From: Eledone cirrhosa
Lineage: Eukaryota
NCBI GenBank assembly: GCA_964016885.1
Contig: OZ024752.1
Location: 43,338,001-43,402,000 of the forward strand
DNA: 64,000 nucleotides
Direction: 5' to 3'
The translations under genes and the position numbers were made by a program. Below, piece after piece: positions 50,041 to 62,861 of the stretch. The notes beneath the pieces are model-generated. The model searched no databases. It was not told the DNA's origin and saw only the letters and a program-made list of their open reading frames with translations. Within the stretch, counting starts at the first letter, position 1, and each line of letters begins with the position of its first letter.

Positions 50041-51840
50041 TGTTGACTGACTCCAAAAGATAAAAAATAAATATTCGTTAATTTTTTTAAAATTATATTT
50101 CAGCTTTTCTTTGTAAATATTCATTTCCTCTCAATAATCTATATGACATATCATCACTGTTAGATACACATGTGTATTATCGGAATCAAAGAAACAACAA
50201 CACGCGTAATTGTCTGTATCTCTATAACTGTGTCTTTCTATCTAACCCCCGCCCCCTCCTCTCTCTATATATACATATATCTTTCTATCAGTATGTCTAT
50301 CTTTCACCAATTCTATTTCCTTCACTTTGACTACGTAGCCCAACTGGTGGCGACAGTGTTGGTGTAGTGGTGTGTTGGTGGTGTGTGTTGGTGTGGTGGC
50401 GTGGTGGTGTAGTGGTGTGGTGGTGTTGTGGTGGTGAAATATCAACCACGTGGAACACAAAATAGAATGAATACTACTACTAATACTACAAACAACAATA
50501 ATAATTGTTTCTGCTTTGGGCAAAATGCAAACATTTTGAGAGGACGCTCTACCGATTACTGCAGGCACGTTACCCATCTAATAATAATATACTGTACATA
50601 AAAATCACAACACCATACATAATGACTGCGCCCTCGTTATCGAGTATGGCCATTGCGAGATATAACATTATTGATAACTAGCAGTTTAGCCCGGCGTTAC
50701 TCGGGTTTGTTCATTTGCTATGAAAAGTTACATACAGGTAAACGTAGCTTGAAAGCGCATAATCTTATCAATTAAGTGCATAAAGCAGTTGAACCGGTTA
50801 TTAATAGTTACAAACCAATTAGCATTTTGGACAATCAATGATGGCTTAATAATCTTCCAATAGCGAATTTAGTAGAACAAAGTTGCAAGATGGTGGCCCT
50901 GGTGCCGCTGCGTGTCAGATCTGTCCGCTATGGGTGACCCAACCAGTTTTCCAGACGGCATAACTCAAACATCTATAGCACTTCATTGTAGACGATATTG
51001 CGTGTCATCCCTTGAGGAGTGTAAGCAAAAAGTCCATTCCTGCTCCATACGCGGAAACTGGCAACAAAGTTGGCCATGGGAGAAGTATGGCTCCCCCAAA
51101 TGGATGACCGCCACCAACAATGTTTGCCCTTGTGACTTGTTAATGGACTTGGAAAAAAAAAAAAATGGTCTCACCGGGAATTGGGATCGCCGGAAATCGA
51201 ACGGGATATCTGACGCCGAGGGGCAAAGGTTCATCCTTGGAATGAAAACATTCTCCCCTCTCCAGCACCCCGTTACAATGGTGGCCTCAATCAAGTGCAG
51301 CGTCAGTGACTTGACGACCATGCGAGTACCGTTGCACTGCTTTGGTGGACGCAAGTTCCTTATTAGCATAATGGGACAGCCAACCCTAAGCTTAAGAATA
51401 AGAGGTGGGAGCCCTGGGGAATTTAATAACTCAACCGGATAATTAACGATATCGTCGGGGTCTGACGCCAGGTCGATAGATTTGAAGATGTCTTCTTTAC
51501 CGGGAATCTTCTCAATCAGCTGCTCGTTAATAAAATTAACCATGGTATTTTTCCGAGCAAGGATGGCTCTTTCGCTGAGCTAATCGAGGTTTTTAAAGTT
51601 AGATGAGACATTAGAAAAAACTGCTTCCAAAAGGTCAGAAGGGCTGCTCACAATGTTGCACAGGGAGTCGATTGCTATTCCGCCTTTGTCATCCGCAGGG
51701 ACCTTGCCCTCACAAAGTGCTAAAATATGCTGACCAAATGCTGCAGACATGTCACCATGCAAATGAGCACGCATATTTGTGCTCAAGTACAAACTCTTCA
51801 CCTGGAGACACAACATGGACGACTTAAGGCAGGCAGGCAC

Positions 51841-52330
51841 GCACTTCTCTTGTCAAGGTGAACGGCTACCTCTCGGAGCCGTTCGAAATCGCGCGGTCCA
51901 TCCGACAAGGGTGCCCTCTCTCCTCCCTTCTGTATGTAATGACTAGAGCCACTGCTGCAGAAGTTGGAGTTGTTAATGCCGTCGTCGGGCGGAGGTGGCG
52001 AACACATCTACTACCGCCTGACCGTCGTGCCTTGCCCAAGGGAAACGCTCTCCAAAATGGAGCGCACACTCTTCCAATTCCTTTGGAAGAAGCGGGCTCC
52101 TATGGTGAGGAGATCCATCTGCTGTCAACACCCTTCGAAAGGAGGGCTGAGATGCCGTGGCTGGTGATGCGTAAACACGCATTAAGGCTACGGCACCTCC
52201 AGGTATTCATCACCGGTCAACCGGTGTGGGCCCCGTTTGTGAGGCGAGCCTTTCCCAGACTCGTCTCGCTCACCGAGCTGCAATCCTGGGTCAAGCAAAG
52301 ACCGAGAAAATCACCCAGACACCTTTGGTA
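51841..52330 (+). mobile_element. Tx1/L1-clade LINE RT fragment inside the Helitron
   Basis: VNGYLSEPFEIARSIRQGCPLSSLLYV; LFQFLWKKRAPMVRRSICCQHPSKGGL. Confidence 0.8.
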
Positions 52331-52684
52331 ATGCTGTTTCGCAAAATTAATTGTGAAGAGGAATACCAATTCTTGCTCATCAGTGGATGAAGAATTATTA
52401 TCATGGACATTTCTAAGTATATTAAAAAACTGAATAGTGTGCGTATATATAACGCACATGGTATCTGAACTTAGCGTGTCTCACAAACTCCCACCACTAA
52501 AGATAGCAGCCAAGTTTGTATTTATTTTATTGATTTATTCTTAAATTGTCTATAGTTAGTATTATTTTCACCTTAGCGAATCTCATGCCTTACTATTTGA
52601 ACACATGTATATATCTGTGTTCGTTTTTCTTTTATATTCAATTATGATATATATATATATATATTTATTAAAATAACAGATTAA

Positions 52685-52735
52685 AGTTTAAGCAAAGAAT
52701 CGCTGCTTTCACCCTTAACGGGATCTTCTGAAACT
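52685..52735 (-). ncRNA. Type I hammerhead-like fold with CAGAAGA (U4A) core; second copy at 40114-40164 (+)
   Basis: AGTTT-CAGAAGA-TCCCGTTAAGGGT-GAAA-GCAGCGATTCTTTGC-TT-AAACT: stem I 5 bp, stem II CCC/GGG, stem III AGCA/TGCT. Confidence 0.5.
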
Positions 52736-52767
52736 CATACATACGTACATACATACATACGTACATA

Positions 52768-52827
<60 letters not shown>

Positions 52828-54095
52828 TATCTGCGCATGCGCGCGTGTGTGTGTGAATGTGGCGAAGATTAACGTCATTGCTGACGTCATGGATCATAAT
52901 GTCGTTATGCAGACAGCCAGACATACAAACAGATATTATAAGGGCACGATGGAGATCGATAACTGGTGCCTAACACCTCTTTAAAAACAGAAAATTGAAA
53001 AATAAAAGCTGCAGTTAATATCTTTAGACCACAAGGAATATATAAATGCAAGTTTGAAGCCAATCAGAGTAGAAATGTGGATTTGTATAGACTTTGCAAA
53101 AATGAGGAGAGACACACACAGTTTTATATATATAGATGATATGAGTGTGCGGCGTTGTATCTATATCTTTCTAATTATGTCACTGAAAACATTGCCTTTC
53201 TTTTCACATTTTAGAAATGACACTGTTCAATTATATGACCTTATAGAAGTGTCTAGAAGAGAGAGAGAGATTAAGCATACCTTATGGTTTGGCACCACTG
53301 GGTCGGGCCTCTTTTCGTGGCAGGGTCTCCTAAGCTCCAGGGAAGTATTTCTCAAAACCATCTGGTACATTGCTGTTGCGTAGCAGAGCCCAGTCCTTCA
53401 TTAGGGACAACAACGGCCGTGGTGAAGCAGTTACATATTTAGAGGTAACGTAGGAATGACGATATATCTGAAATAGAGATTTTAGGGGTTATAAAGGGCC
53501 AGGGTTAAAGGTGGGGTAGATATGATATATCTGAATATATAGAATGGTGGTGTTGGTGGTGATGTAGTGTGATGGTGGTAGTGTAGTATGGCAGTGTTAT
53601 AGTGTCTGGTAGTGCTGTAGTGTGTGGTAGTGTTCTAATGTAGGTTCAGTATGTGATGGTGGGGCTTCAATGGTTAGTGTGCTGCACTCATAAACATAAC
53701 ATCAAACCCTAGGTCTGGCAGCACATTGCATTAATAAGCCAGTTGCTTCATTTCAAGTTTTTCGGGATAGAACTGGAGTCTATCATTACAACAACCGGGA
53801 AACCTCCTATGTGAGGACACCCTTGTCCATCTACCTATCTATATACATAGATCCACACACAAATGTTTATGGATCTGTATTTTTGTGTATGAAAAAAATG
53901 GAAAAAATTAAAATCTCAAGTTAGGCTACTCTATAATTTAACTATTTGGTTCTTTGTTGGGTGTGGGTGTGTTTTATTTAGAAAGTTCAGACAGACAGCC
54001 ATACAGATACATGATATGAGAGCGACGCGTCGTATCAATGTATCTAATTATTTGTCACTTCAAAGCTTGCTTGCTTTTCTTTTAACATTAAGTGT

Positions 54096-54139
<44 letters not shown>

Positions 54140-54322
54140 GAGAGAAAGCATACCTTTTGGTTTGGCACCACTGGGTCGGGCCTCTTTTCGGGGTGGGGGT
54201 CTTCTTAGTTCCAGGGAAGTATTTCTCAGTGTCCGAATTGTCCTCACATTCAGAGTGCCCATAAGCCTTGACAACCTTAGTGCTGTTAAATCGACTACAT
54301 GGTTCTTTTATTATTTCACCCA

Positions 54323-54472
54323 TAAATGGGGCCCTAACAGGTAACACTGCTCCGGGCCAGAGCAGACCTGGGAGTTATGACAACTAAGGGGTAACTCCAC
54401 ATTCCCCACAGCTCATGAATTGCCGAAATGGAGCCTTGTCACTGGATGTAGTTTAATGTCATACCCAGGACA
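54323..54472. mobile_element. Short interspersed repeat; second copy at 63382-63527
   Basis: AAATGGGGCCCTAACAGG...GGGAGTTATGACAACTAAGGGG...GTTTAATGTCATACCCAGGACA at both sites. Confidence 0.8.
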
Positions 54473-54880
54473 ATATGTGTGTGTCATTATATATATATAT
54501 ATATATATGATAGATAGATATATACACGAGTGTGTATGATTATGTATAGAAGATTATATTAATAAAAGGAATTCCAACTTTGATTTACTCGCTTTATTTA
54601 CAATCCTTTAAAATTTATAGTATTAGAATGAAATAGTATGGTAGAATATTAAATGTTAAGTGTTAATTGAACAAGTACTTTCATGCTTTCGCAATCTTCA
54701 GGTTCATAATGTGTGGTGACAGTCAAGTTTGCAATTTTCAACTGTAATGAGATGGGTAAATTTTGCCACTGTGAAAAGTGGCTCCAGAATGCTAAATCTT
54801 GAAAACTGTATTTCGACCAATCGGTGTGTAGTTTCACTGGATTACTAAAGCTGATTGGTTTAGGCGTCACAGTTGGTTGA

Positions 54881-54920
<40 letters not shown>

Positions 54921-54945
54921 GTTTGACAGATTTAACCTGAAGCAT

Positions 54946-55268
54946 ACGGAAAATACAGGATAAAGAGTAAAATGTACAGATCGTTTCAATAACTATTTCA
55001 TCTCCCAGACAGATTAGAGATTTAATCTGTTTCGCCCTGAGAATTGTGTTTGTAACAGATAATCCGTAGGCATCATCAGCGAGAGATAAGATGAAATGTG
55101 ACAAACACCTAAAACTAAAAGCTACACGAATGAATATTTCACCTCGTGCGAGCAAACGGAAAATACAGGATAGAGTAAAATGTACACACAGTTTCAATAA
55201 CTATTTCATCTCCCGGACAGATTAGAGATTTAATCTGTTTCGCCCTGAGAATTGTGTTTGTAACAGAT
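54946..55268 (-). mobile_element. ~1.5 tandem copies of a ~208-nt hammerhead-containing unit (non-LTR retrozyme or Penelope-like terminal repeat)
   Basis: 54946-55060 repeated at 55156-55268; equivalent GUC sites at 55008 and 55216. Confidence 0.65.
54998..55089 (-). ncRNA. Type I hammerhead ribozyme candidate with canonical core
   Basis: ATCTCTCG-CTGATGA-TGCCT...GGGC-GAAA-CAGATTA AATCTC TAATCTG-TC-TGGGAGAT: 8-bp stem I, 8-bp stem III, GUC triplet. Confidence 0.8.
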
Positions 55269-55879
55269 CAGGAGACTGACTATTGTGCGTATATAAATTA
55301 ACGCACATGGCATAAATACATACATCTAATTATATGTCAGTTAAAACCTTCCCTTTCTTTTCACATTTTACAGACAGCCACAATGCTGAATTATATGATC
55401 TTATGTCAGTGTATGGGAGAGAGAGAGAGGGGGGGGGGTGAGCAAGCCAGGGTTTAGTCCCACATTTAAGATCATAGGTAACATTTATCATATAAGAAGC
55501 TTCAAGAAAGTCATTAAAATGCCAGTCTCTGAAAATGTGAATATTGTCCTGTGCTACTGTTTGCTTGTGGGAATGATGGGTTTCGGGTTGGTTTGAAAAG
55601 GATTGACAACAACCACACACTCACACCCACTGGTTATCGGTTTCAGGTTAGGCAAGGTGACTAATGTTGTCGTGAAGAGCAGGTGGCTGATGCAGCAATA
55701 TGCTGTAGATGCCCAGGGAAAAATACAATGTTGTCACCTCAAAATGGCCGTAACAATCGAACCGTGATGTGAGCTGAAAAGTATGAGGGTTTCTATGATG
55801 CTGAGGGAGATTCAGTAAATGAAGGCCGGAGAATTGTTCTTCCACCTTCAATCTATGGTTCCCAATCGCTTCTACACTG

Positions 55880-57580
55880 AGTGCTTTCAGAATTCGATGA
55901 CTGTGGTTCGACATGGTAAAGTCGTCTTATTTCATCACGGTAACAACTAACTAACTGGGATGAAATAAAAAATAATTTGCACCCTAGTCAAGAACCTAGA
56001 GACCGTCCTGATATTTGTGCAAGATTCTTCAACATCAAGTATGACAGCCTCATGGGTGACATACTGAAAAAGAAAATGTCCTAGGAAAAGTTGTTGCTCG
56101 TTCTGCTACAATAGAGTGGCAGAAACGAGGCCCCACTCATGCTCATATTCTGCAGATAATGGCTGAAGATAGTAAGCACAAAACTGCTGATGACATTGAT
56201 CAGGTAGTGTACTGTGAGATTCCAATTCTACAGAAGATCATCCCCATCTTGCAACATTCATGGCCCATGTGGACAAGTTAATATGATGTGCTCATGAAAG
56301 GAAGGGCTAGGACAACAATAACAATGCTCGAACAGTTATCCCAAGGCAAACCGCATTTGTTGCCAAAAGTTCCTTTTCAAAGTATAGAAGAAGGGGTAGA
56401 CAGCATGGTCAATTGTGAGGTTGTCTACAGTGTCAAGGTTGTTAACTACTTAAAGTACATCACAAAAGGATCAGACAAAATCACTTTCACTATTAAGGAT
56501 GATCGAGGAAATTGTGTCCATGCTCGAAATGAAATTGAGACCTATATCAATGCATGGTACATCTCAGCCAGTGAAGCATTCTGGAAAGTTGCCTTGCCAT
56601 TTACCTGGGGAACAAATGGTCGTGTTTGAGCAAGGGCAGGAAGAAAGTTCTTTCTAGGGGACAGCCAATGACTAAGTTCACGGAATATTTTCAACTGAAT
56701 ATTAGAGACCCGCTGGAACAAGATATATTGTATATTGATATTCCTAAATATTTCACTTGGACAAACAAAAAATGGCAAAGAAAAAAAGGGGACATCGGGA
56801 TGGTGATCAACAATTTATGAGTGAATCTCTTGGACGCATTCTCAGAAGACATCAATCTGAATTATATTACCTCAGAATGATCATACATCACAAGGCTGGG
56901 TAAACTTCATATAAAGATTAACTTAGTCTGTTGGTCCTCAGCTGCCACAGATCTTCTGCACCATTTAATTGCACTGCATGCCAAATGACCCTCTGCAGTT
57001 CTGGGAGAAATAGAAGAATTGTCTTGCAGAGGATATCATGCATGAACGTCATGAGCAATTCATGTCCATGCAAACAAATAAATCAACTTCTGCCAACATT
57101 GAATCCTCAGCAACTGGTTCTTTTTCACAAAGTAATTACCTCTGTAAATGAAAATGAGGGCAGAATTTTCTGCTTGAATGCAAGTGCAGGTACAGGTCAT
57201 AAGCATTCTAATGGATTACCTCCAATGTAAAAAAATAATTGCACTTGCCACTGCCATATCTGGAATAGCAGCCACTTTGCTTCACAAACGAAGAACTCTT
57301 CATTCCAAGTGCACGATTCCTCTCAATATGACTGCTGAATCAACTTGCTTCTTCACAAAGAGGGATGACACAGGTAAACTTATGCAGCAAGCTGACCTGT
57401 TAATCATTGATGAGAGAGGTATGGGACATAAGAATATCTTTCAATGCCTGACAGGAGTTTCAAAGATGTTCGAGATTGCAAAAAGCCATTTAGTGGTATC
57501 TGGTGACTAAAACCAAATTCTTCCAGTTCTACGTCATGGTGATAGACCACAAATAGTTGAAACAACCTTCAAGGGCAGAC
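55880..57580 (+). mobile_element. Decayed autonomous Helitron Rep/helicase
   Basis: YFITVTT..WDEI...DRPDICARFF; IEWQKRGPTHAHIL (HUH); YLKYITKG; YISASEAFW; LNASAGTG; SGIAATLL; LIIDE; GD..QILPV. Confidence 0.88.
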
Positions 57581-57966
57581 ATTTATCTACAAACACAATT
57601 CTCACGTATGTTGCATTATCACAAAAAAGAAAATATTAAAATATTAAATGAAAGGTGTCTGTTTGCTGGCAACTGTGTCTACAAAGAAATTCTACAGTCA
57701 TGTGAAACAGCTATCACTCTTTTAGTTGAAATGCATTTCAGTTTCTTTTTAAATGATAGAAAAGGGACACTACAAAAACTTATGTCTATATATACTAGCA
57801 GAAAAACGCCCAAAGGGCAGTTCTTCAGCTAGCATATATAAATATATGTCGTCTCTCTCGGTGTATGTGTGTGTATGTGTGCATATATATATAATGATAA
57901 AATGCGAAATACTTTCAGATGTTAAAGTCCTTTATTGATAATGCTGCGATACATATTTGTATGACG

Positions 57967-57997
<31 letters not shown>

Positions 57998-58074
57998 TAA
58001 CAGGGGAGAGTCATATTGTTATAAATATTGCAAGAAATAATAACAGAACACACGGTTTGGTTTGGGTTGTTTTT

Positions 58075-58348
58075 CGGTGTAGGTGTTGATGAATGGCTTG
58101 TGAGGACATTGCAAGCTTTGTACAGAGGTGCTGTCAGTAAAGTGAGGGTAGGAATGGAGTTTAGTGACAAATTCCAGATACAAGTAGGAATACATCCTGT
58201 TTACAGAAACTTATCTATGCTGATGATAAAATCAGTAGAAGAGCTTGAGAATAAATTCTGGCTATGAAAACAGAGTTGGAATTAAGAGGACTGAGAGTGA
58301 ACATAGCTAAGACAAAATTGTTGATGAGTAGAAAAGAGGACAAAACTC
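58075..58348 (+). mobile_element. RTE RT fragment
   Basis: GVDEWLVRTLQALY..AVSKVRVG; TATGCTGATGAT (YADD). Confidence 0.75.
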
Positions 58349-58359
58349 AGCGGAGAAGG

Positions 58360-59215
58360 AAACTATGAATAAAATGGCAAGCTGTGTGGTTGCATTTAAG
58401 TATAATGAAAAGAAAAGTTATGGGCAAAAGAGGGCAATATCCATCGTCAGTTGTCTGCTAGGAATCATAGGCATTTCTTCGCGTTAGAGACAAGATGCCT
58501 CAACCTAGGGCGAACAATAACTAAAATAAGTTATTGGAATAAAAAAAGGGGGAGAGAGAAAAATGGATACACACATGAAGGGTGAAGAAACGAAAAGAGG
58601 AAAAATCAAGTCAACAACTCATTTTGAACATAAGTTCTGGTGGATTTAACGAGAAAAAAAAATACATGTCTTCACTGTAGCAGTGTGAGTGAGAGAAGAG
58701 ACTGCTTTAGAAGTGGCAGGTTAGCCGAGAGAAGGTGACTAGCAGAAGAGGGAGAAGGGGGAGAGAGAGCATAGCAACAAGGGGATAGAAGAGAGATGGG
58801 TCACAACTGAGAAGAAAACTATGTGAATAAAATGGCAAGCTGTGTGGTTGCATTGAAATATAATCAAAATAAAAGTTACGGGCAAAAGAGGGCAATATCC
58901 ATCGTCAGTTGTCTGCTAGGAATCATAGGCATTTCTTCGCGTTAGAGACAAGATGCCTCAACCTAGGGCGAACAATAACTAAAATAAGTTATTGGGATAA
59001 AAAAGAGGGGAGAGAGAGAGAAAAATATAAACAGACACAAAGGCTGAAGCAACAAAAAGAAAGGAAAAAAAAAAAAAAAAATCGAGTGAACAATTGATTT
59101 CGAACACAAGTTCTGGCGGGTTTGATAAGAAAAAAAGACACATTCACTGTAGAAGTGTGAGCAAGAGAAGAGACAGTTACGGACGAGGAAGGAAGTGAGC
59201 TAGCGGAGGAGTGAG
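58360..59215. repeat. Tandem direct repeat, ~458-bp period, two copies
   Basis: CCATCGTCAGTTGTCTGCTAGG at 58441 and 58899. Confidence 0.85.
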
Positions 59216-59329
59216 TGAAAATAAGAGAAAGCCAGAAACATACATATATATATATATATATATATACATACATACAAATATATGCATATATACATACATA
59301 TAAATATATACATATATACATATATATGG

Positions 59330-59530
59330 TGGTTGCCAACTCTTTTTCGAGTACGGCCCCTACTTTATATCCATGTAGGAGAACCCCTACCGATGGGCTG
59401 AACGAGTGTGACGTTTTAGTCCAGCCAGTGACTTGAAAACTCTGGTACAAACACTACACTTGTGACAATTATTGACAGTGCTGGGCCCATGGTTCCATGT
59501 GACGACAAGTGCAGAGAGATCTCCAGATAT
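59330..59530 (-). mobile_element. LINE C-terminal C2H2 zinc-finger remnant
   Basis: CSVCTRVFKSLAGLKRHTRSAH, like the terminal finger of some RTE-type LINEs. Confidence 0.5.
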
Positions 59531-59949
59531 AAAGCAATGCCTGTGCTGTGAAGCTTTTATAGTGAGCAAAGGCACTGCACAAAGCCAGTCCCACTCTCTT
59601 AACCGAGATGATATTTACCAAAAAGAAGAACAAGACAACATCATTGGATACCATCAGGGTTTCAGGTGTTATATCAGAGTTTTCTTCTCCTAGAATTCTG
59701 CCTTGACAAAGGCTAAGGGGTCATCTCTCCCGGTGATTTTGGATGGCCATTGACTCTTAAGAGCTCCTTTGCCCTTTGACAGGTTTTGTTTTTAGTCCTG
59801 CAGGATGTCCAAAGTCACCCTCCTCACCAAGAAACCTTAGTGGGGTTGCCAGTTTAGTCGCCAACGACCCGACCAGGAGACAGGTTGTACTGGGATACAT
59901 GTTACCAGTAGCACCAACTGGTGACCTGACATAATATATATGTATGTAC

Positions 59950-59980
<31 letters not shown>

Positions 59981-59983
59981 AGT

Positions 59984-60420
59984 GAGATGCGCGATGCTGC
60001 ATGGTAGTGAGACATGGACAGCAACTGCAGAGGATATGCGATGGCTGGAGAGAAAGGAAGCAAGCACGCTCCGTTGGATGTGCAATGTCAATGTGCGGGA
60101 ACGACCAAGCATAAACGAGTTGAGAGAGAAACTGTGTTTAAGAGGGATAAGTTGTGGTGTGCAAGAGAGGACTGAGATGGTATGGACATGTGATGCGCAT
60201 GGAGGTTGAGCGCTGGGTAAAGAAGGGAGACGCAGTAGAGGAAGACCACGAAAAACATGGGTGGAGGTGGTGAGAGCCGACTTCAGATCGCTGAAACTCA
60301 CCAAGGAGATGACGAAGGACCGTGACAAGTGAAGAGATGCTTTGCTCAAGAGGACCTGTCCCACCCTTTCAAGCAGGGAAAAGCGGACGTAAAATGATGA
60401 ACAGACGATGATAATGATGC
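59984..60420 (+). mobile_element. RTE LINE 3' end
   Basis: MLHGSETW...LRWMCNV...RGRPRKTW; tail AGCAGGGAAAAGCGGACGTAAAATGATGA. Confidence 0.88.
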
Positions 60421-60879
60421 TCTCTATATATCTATCTCTCTATCAATCTATCCAGATATCTGTGCATCAGTCTATCTATTTACCTATAAACACCCTCCTC
60501 ACTCCGTCTCAGGATCACCGAGACATCACCAACAACCAACCCACGCTGTGGGAAACAGTCCTCCCCGGGGCACACCCTGGTACTTCACACCATCTGTCTG
60601 TCTCGCTGCCTAACTACCGAGAAATCCGGCTTCTGTGCTTGCCTAATTTGTAGGTTATTAGGCAGTTGGCAGGTTTGCGGAAGTTGGTTTTGCAAATGGT
60701 TAAAACACTTGCATCACAAAATTCAAATAGCATCACTCCTTGTTTTATCTTTCTCGTCTTTACCTAGGCCTGCATAAGTTAGTGTTACGGTTAGTGTTAC
60801 TGTTAGCGTTACGGCTAGTTTTAGGGTTAATTGAGAGCAAGAAACTGCTGCTAGGTAAAGACAAGAAATTCTGCATTTA

Positions 60880-61860
60880 CAAGCAATTTTTACAAACAGC
60901 CACAATGACAGGACGGAGACATCGTTATGCTAGCAGGGGATTTCAATGGTCATGTTGGACAGCTCTACGATGGTTACACTGAGGTACATGTTGGGCACAC
61001 TTACGGCTTAAGAAATGAAGCAGTGAAACTTCTTGAATTTTGCGATGCAATTGCACTAACCATCTACAACACTAACTTACACAAATCTGCCAACCACCTA
61101 ATAACCTACAAATCAGGCAAGCACATAAGCCAGATTGACTTCTTGCTAGTTAGGCAGCGGGACAGGCAGATGGTGTCAAATACAAAGGCATACCCCGGGG
61201 AAGAATGTACCCCAAGCAAGAGACTGAATGAGACATACAGGAAGGTGTGGAAAAAAGAAAGGTCTGGAAGCTAAAAGAGCTCTCACTAAAATACAAATTT
61301 AGGAAAGCCCTTCAATATGTGTATGATGAAAAAGAAGACGATTTAGAGTCGTACAACATAGATGATAACTGGAATTTCTTATGCGATACCTTACTGCAGG
61401 TTACTGATGAAACTTGTGGCTGGATCAGAGTTCCAACCAGACAGAGAGTGACATGGTGGTGGGACAGCACGGTAGATCGGGCCATTGGAGACTAAAGACT
61501 AGCATGGAATGCTTGCAAAATTAGTGCGAGTAGAGAAGAATATACAGCCGCTAAGAGAGAAGCTAGACGTCAGGTGTACTTAGCACGCAAGGAGGCTGCT
61601 CGACGACGTGCGCTGTTCCGTACTGCGAGGCAGTGTGTCAGTGCAAATCGGGATTAAGTCTGTCCGCAATGATGCCGCTGTACTTTGTGTCACGAATGAG
61701 TGTTGATGAGTAGAAAAGAGGACAAAACTCTATTCCGTCAGGGAAATGGCCATGTTCGATATGCAGAAATGGAACTGGCATAAATTATATAAAACGTACG
61801 CAAAAGATCGAGTGCGATAGCAGGCACGTAGTGGGATAGCAGGCAAACTAACAGCATATT
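60880..61860 (+). mobile_element. Decayed RTE LINE endonuclease/linker region
   Basis: AGDFNGHVG; ITYKSG..SQIDFLLVR; TWWWD. Confidence 0.85.
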
Positions 61861-62568
61861 TTGATTATAATAAAACAAATAATAATAGTAATAATAATAA
61901 TAATAATCGTCATTGTTCTTTTCTTCTGTGCCTTTCTTTGCCTTCTCTGTCATCTGAATAACAAAAATAAAAGAAAAAAGAATCTTAAACATATGTTGCC
62001 TTTACAAAGTGCTGTGATCAAAGTAGCTTTTAAGCAATTTCCTAACTAACAAACAACATCAACAAAATATATACAAATATCTTTGAATGTCAAGTCCACC
62101 AAGAGAAAATAGTCATAATGTACTTACAGATACAATGCTAGGGACTCGCATCAATGAGTTTTAGTAGAAAATGACTGACTGACTGTTGAGGGACAGAGGT
62201 GTGTTTTCAAATATTTATCAATTCACAACAAAGCCTCACAAAGCTACATCATAATGCAAACTCACAACACCCTTCTTATGCAACCTCACCAAGCAACCCC
62301 ACAACACAACCTCACGTTCACAATTCACAACACTCAACAAGGCATTCGTTATCTAGGGTTTACAGTAAACATAGCGAGGTAAAACACACCCAGTACACTC
62401 TGTAAAGTGGTCATTAGGTTAAGATTAAACTGAAATCATACCTCCATTGTCGTTGGCGTATATTTTCTCTAAAACTTAATTTCATTGCTTTCATTTCTAT
62501 TCTTTTTCTTCTATTCCATCTAAATATGAAAAAAATTATACAGGTCATTTCGTCTTATCAAGAGGTCC

Positions 62569-62602
<34 letters not shown>

Positions 62603-62861
62603 CGAGATAATACCTTAAAATAATGGTAAAAAAAGTGTTTAATTACGAAAATCCTTTGAAATAACTTCCTCGCTCTTACTGGTCATACCTGCAAAACACA
62701 AAACACTAGGGTTACAGTGAAAAGTGCAGTGCAGTGCAGTGCAGTGCAGTGCAGTGTAATTTAGTATGGTGCAGTTTAGTGGCACAGTACACTGTAAAAC
62801 ATTTAGCCAATCTCTCAGACATTTACAAATCTTTCAAGATATATATATATATATATATATA

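Larger units (their letters stand above)
50678..53136 (-). mobile_element. Helitron remnant with PIF1-like helicase C-terminal coding sequence (50983-51840)
   Basis: CTAG end with CCCGGCGTTACTCGGG hairpin; LKLRVGCPIMLIRNL...CNGTR...IPRM...QFPVR...INKSQGQTL; LSTNMR; TC-type 5' end near 53136 (continuity inferred). Confidence 0.8.

Noticed and set aside
50983-51840. Host PIF1 gene
   Set aside because: Intronless, disrupted and bounded by a Helitron terminus
58425-58485. Hammerhead from CTGACGA on the minus strand
   Set aside because: No correctly placed GAAA / stem III / UH could be built
60778-60830. Interstitial telomere
   Set aside because: Only ~8 degenerate hexamers; more likely part of a dispersed repeat
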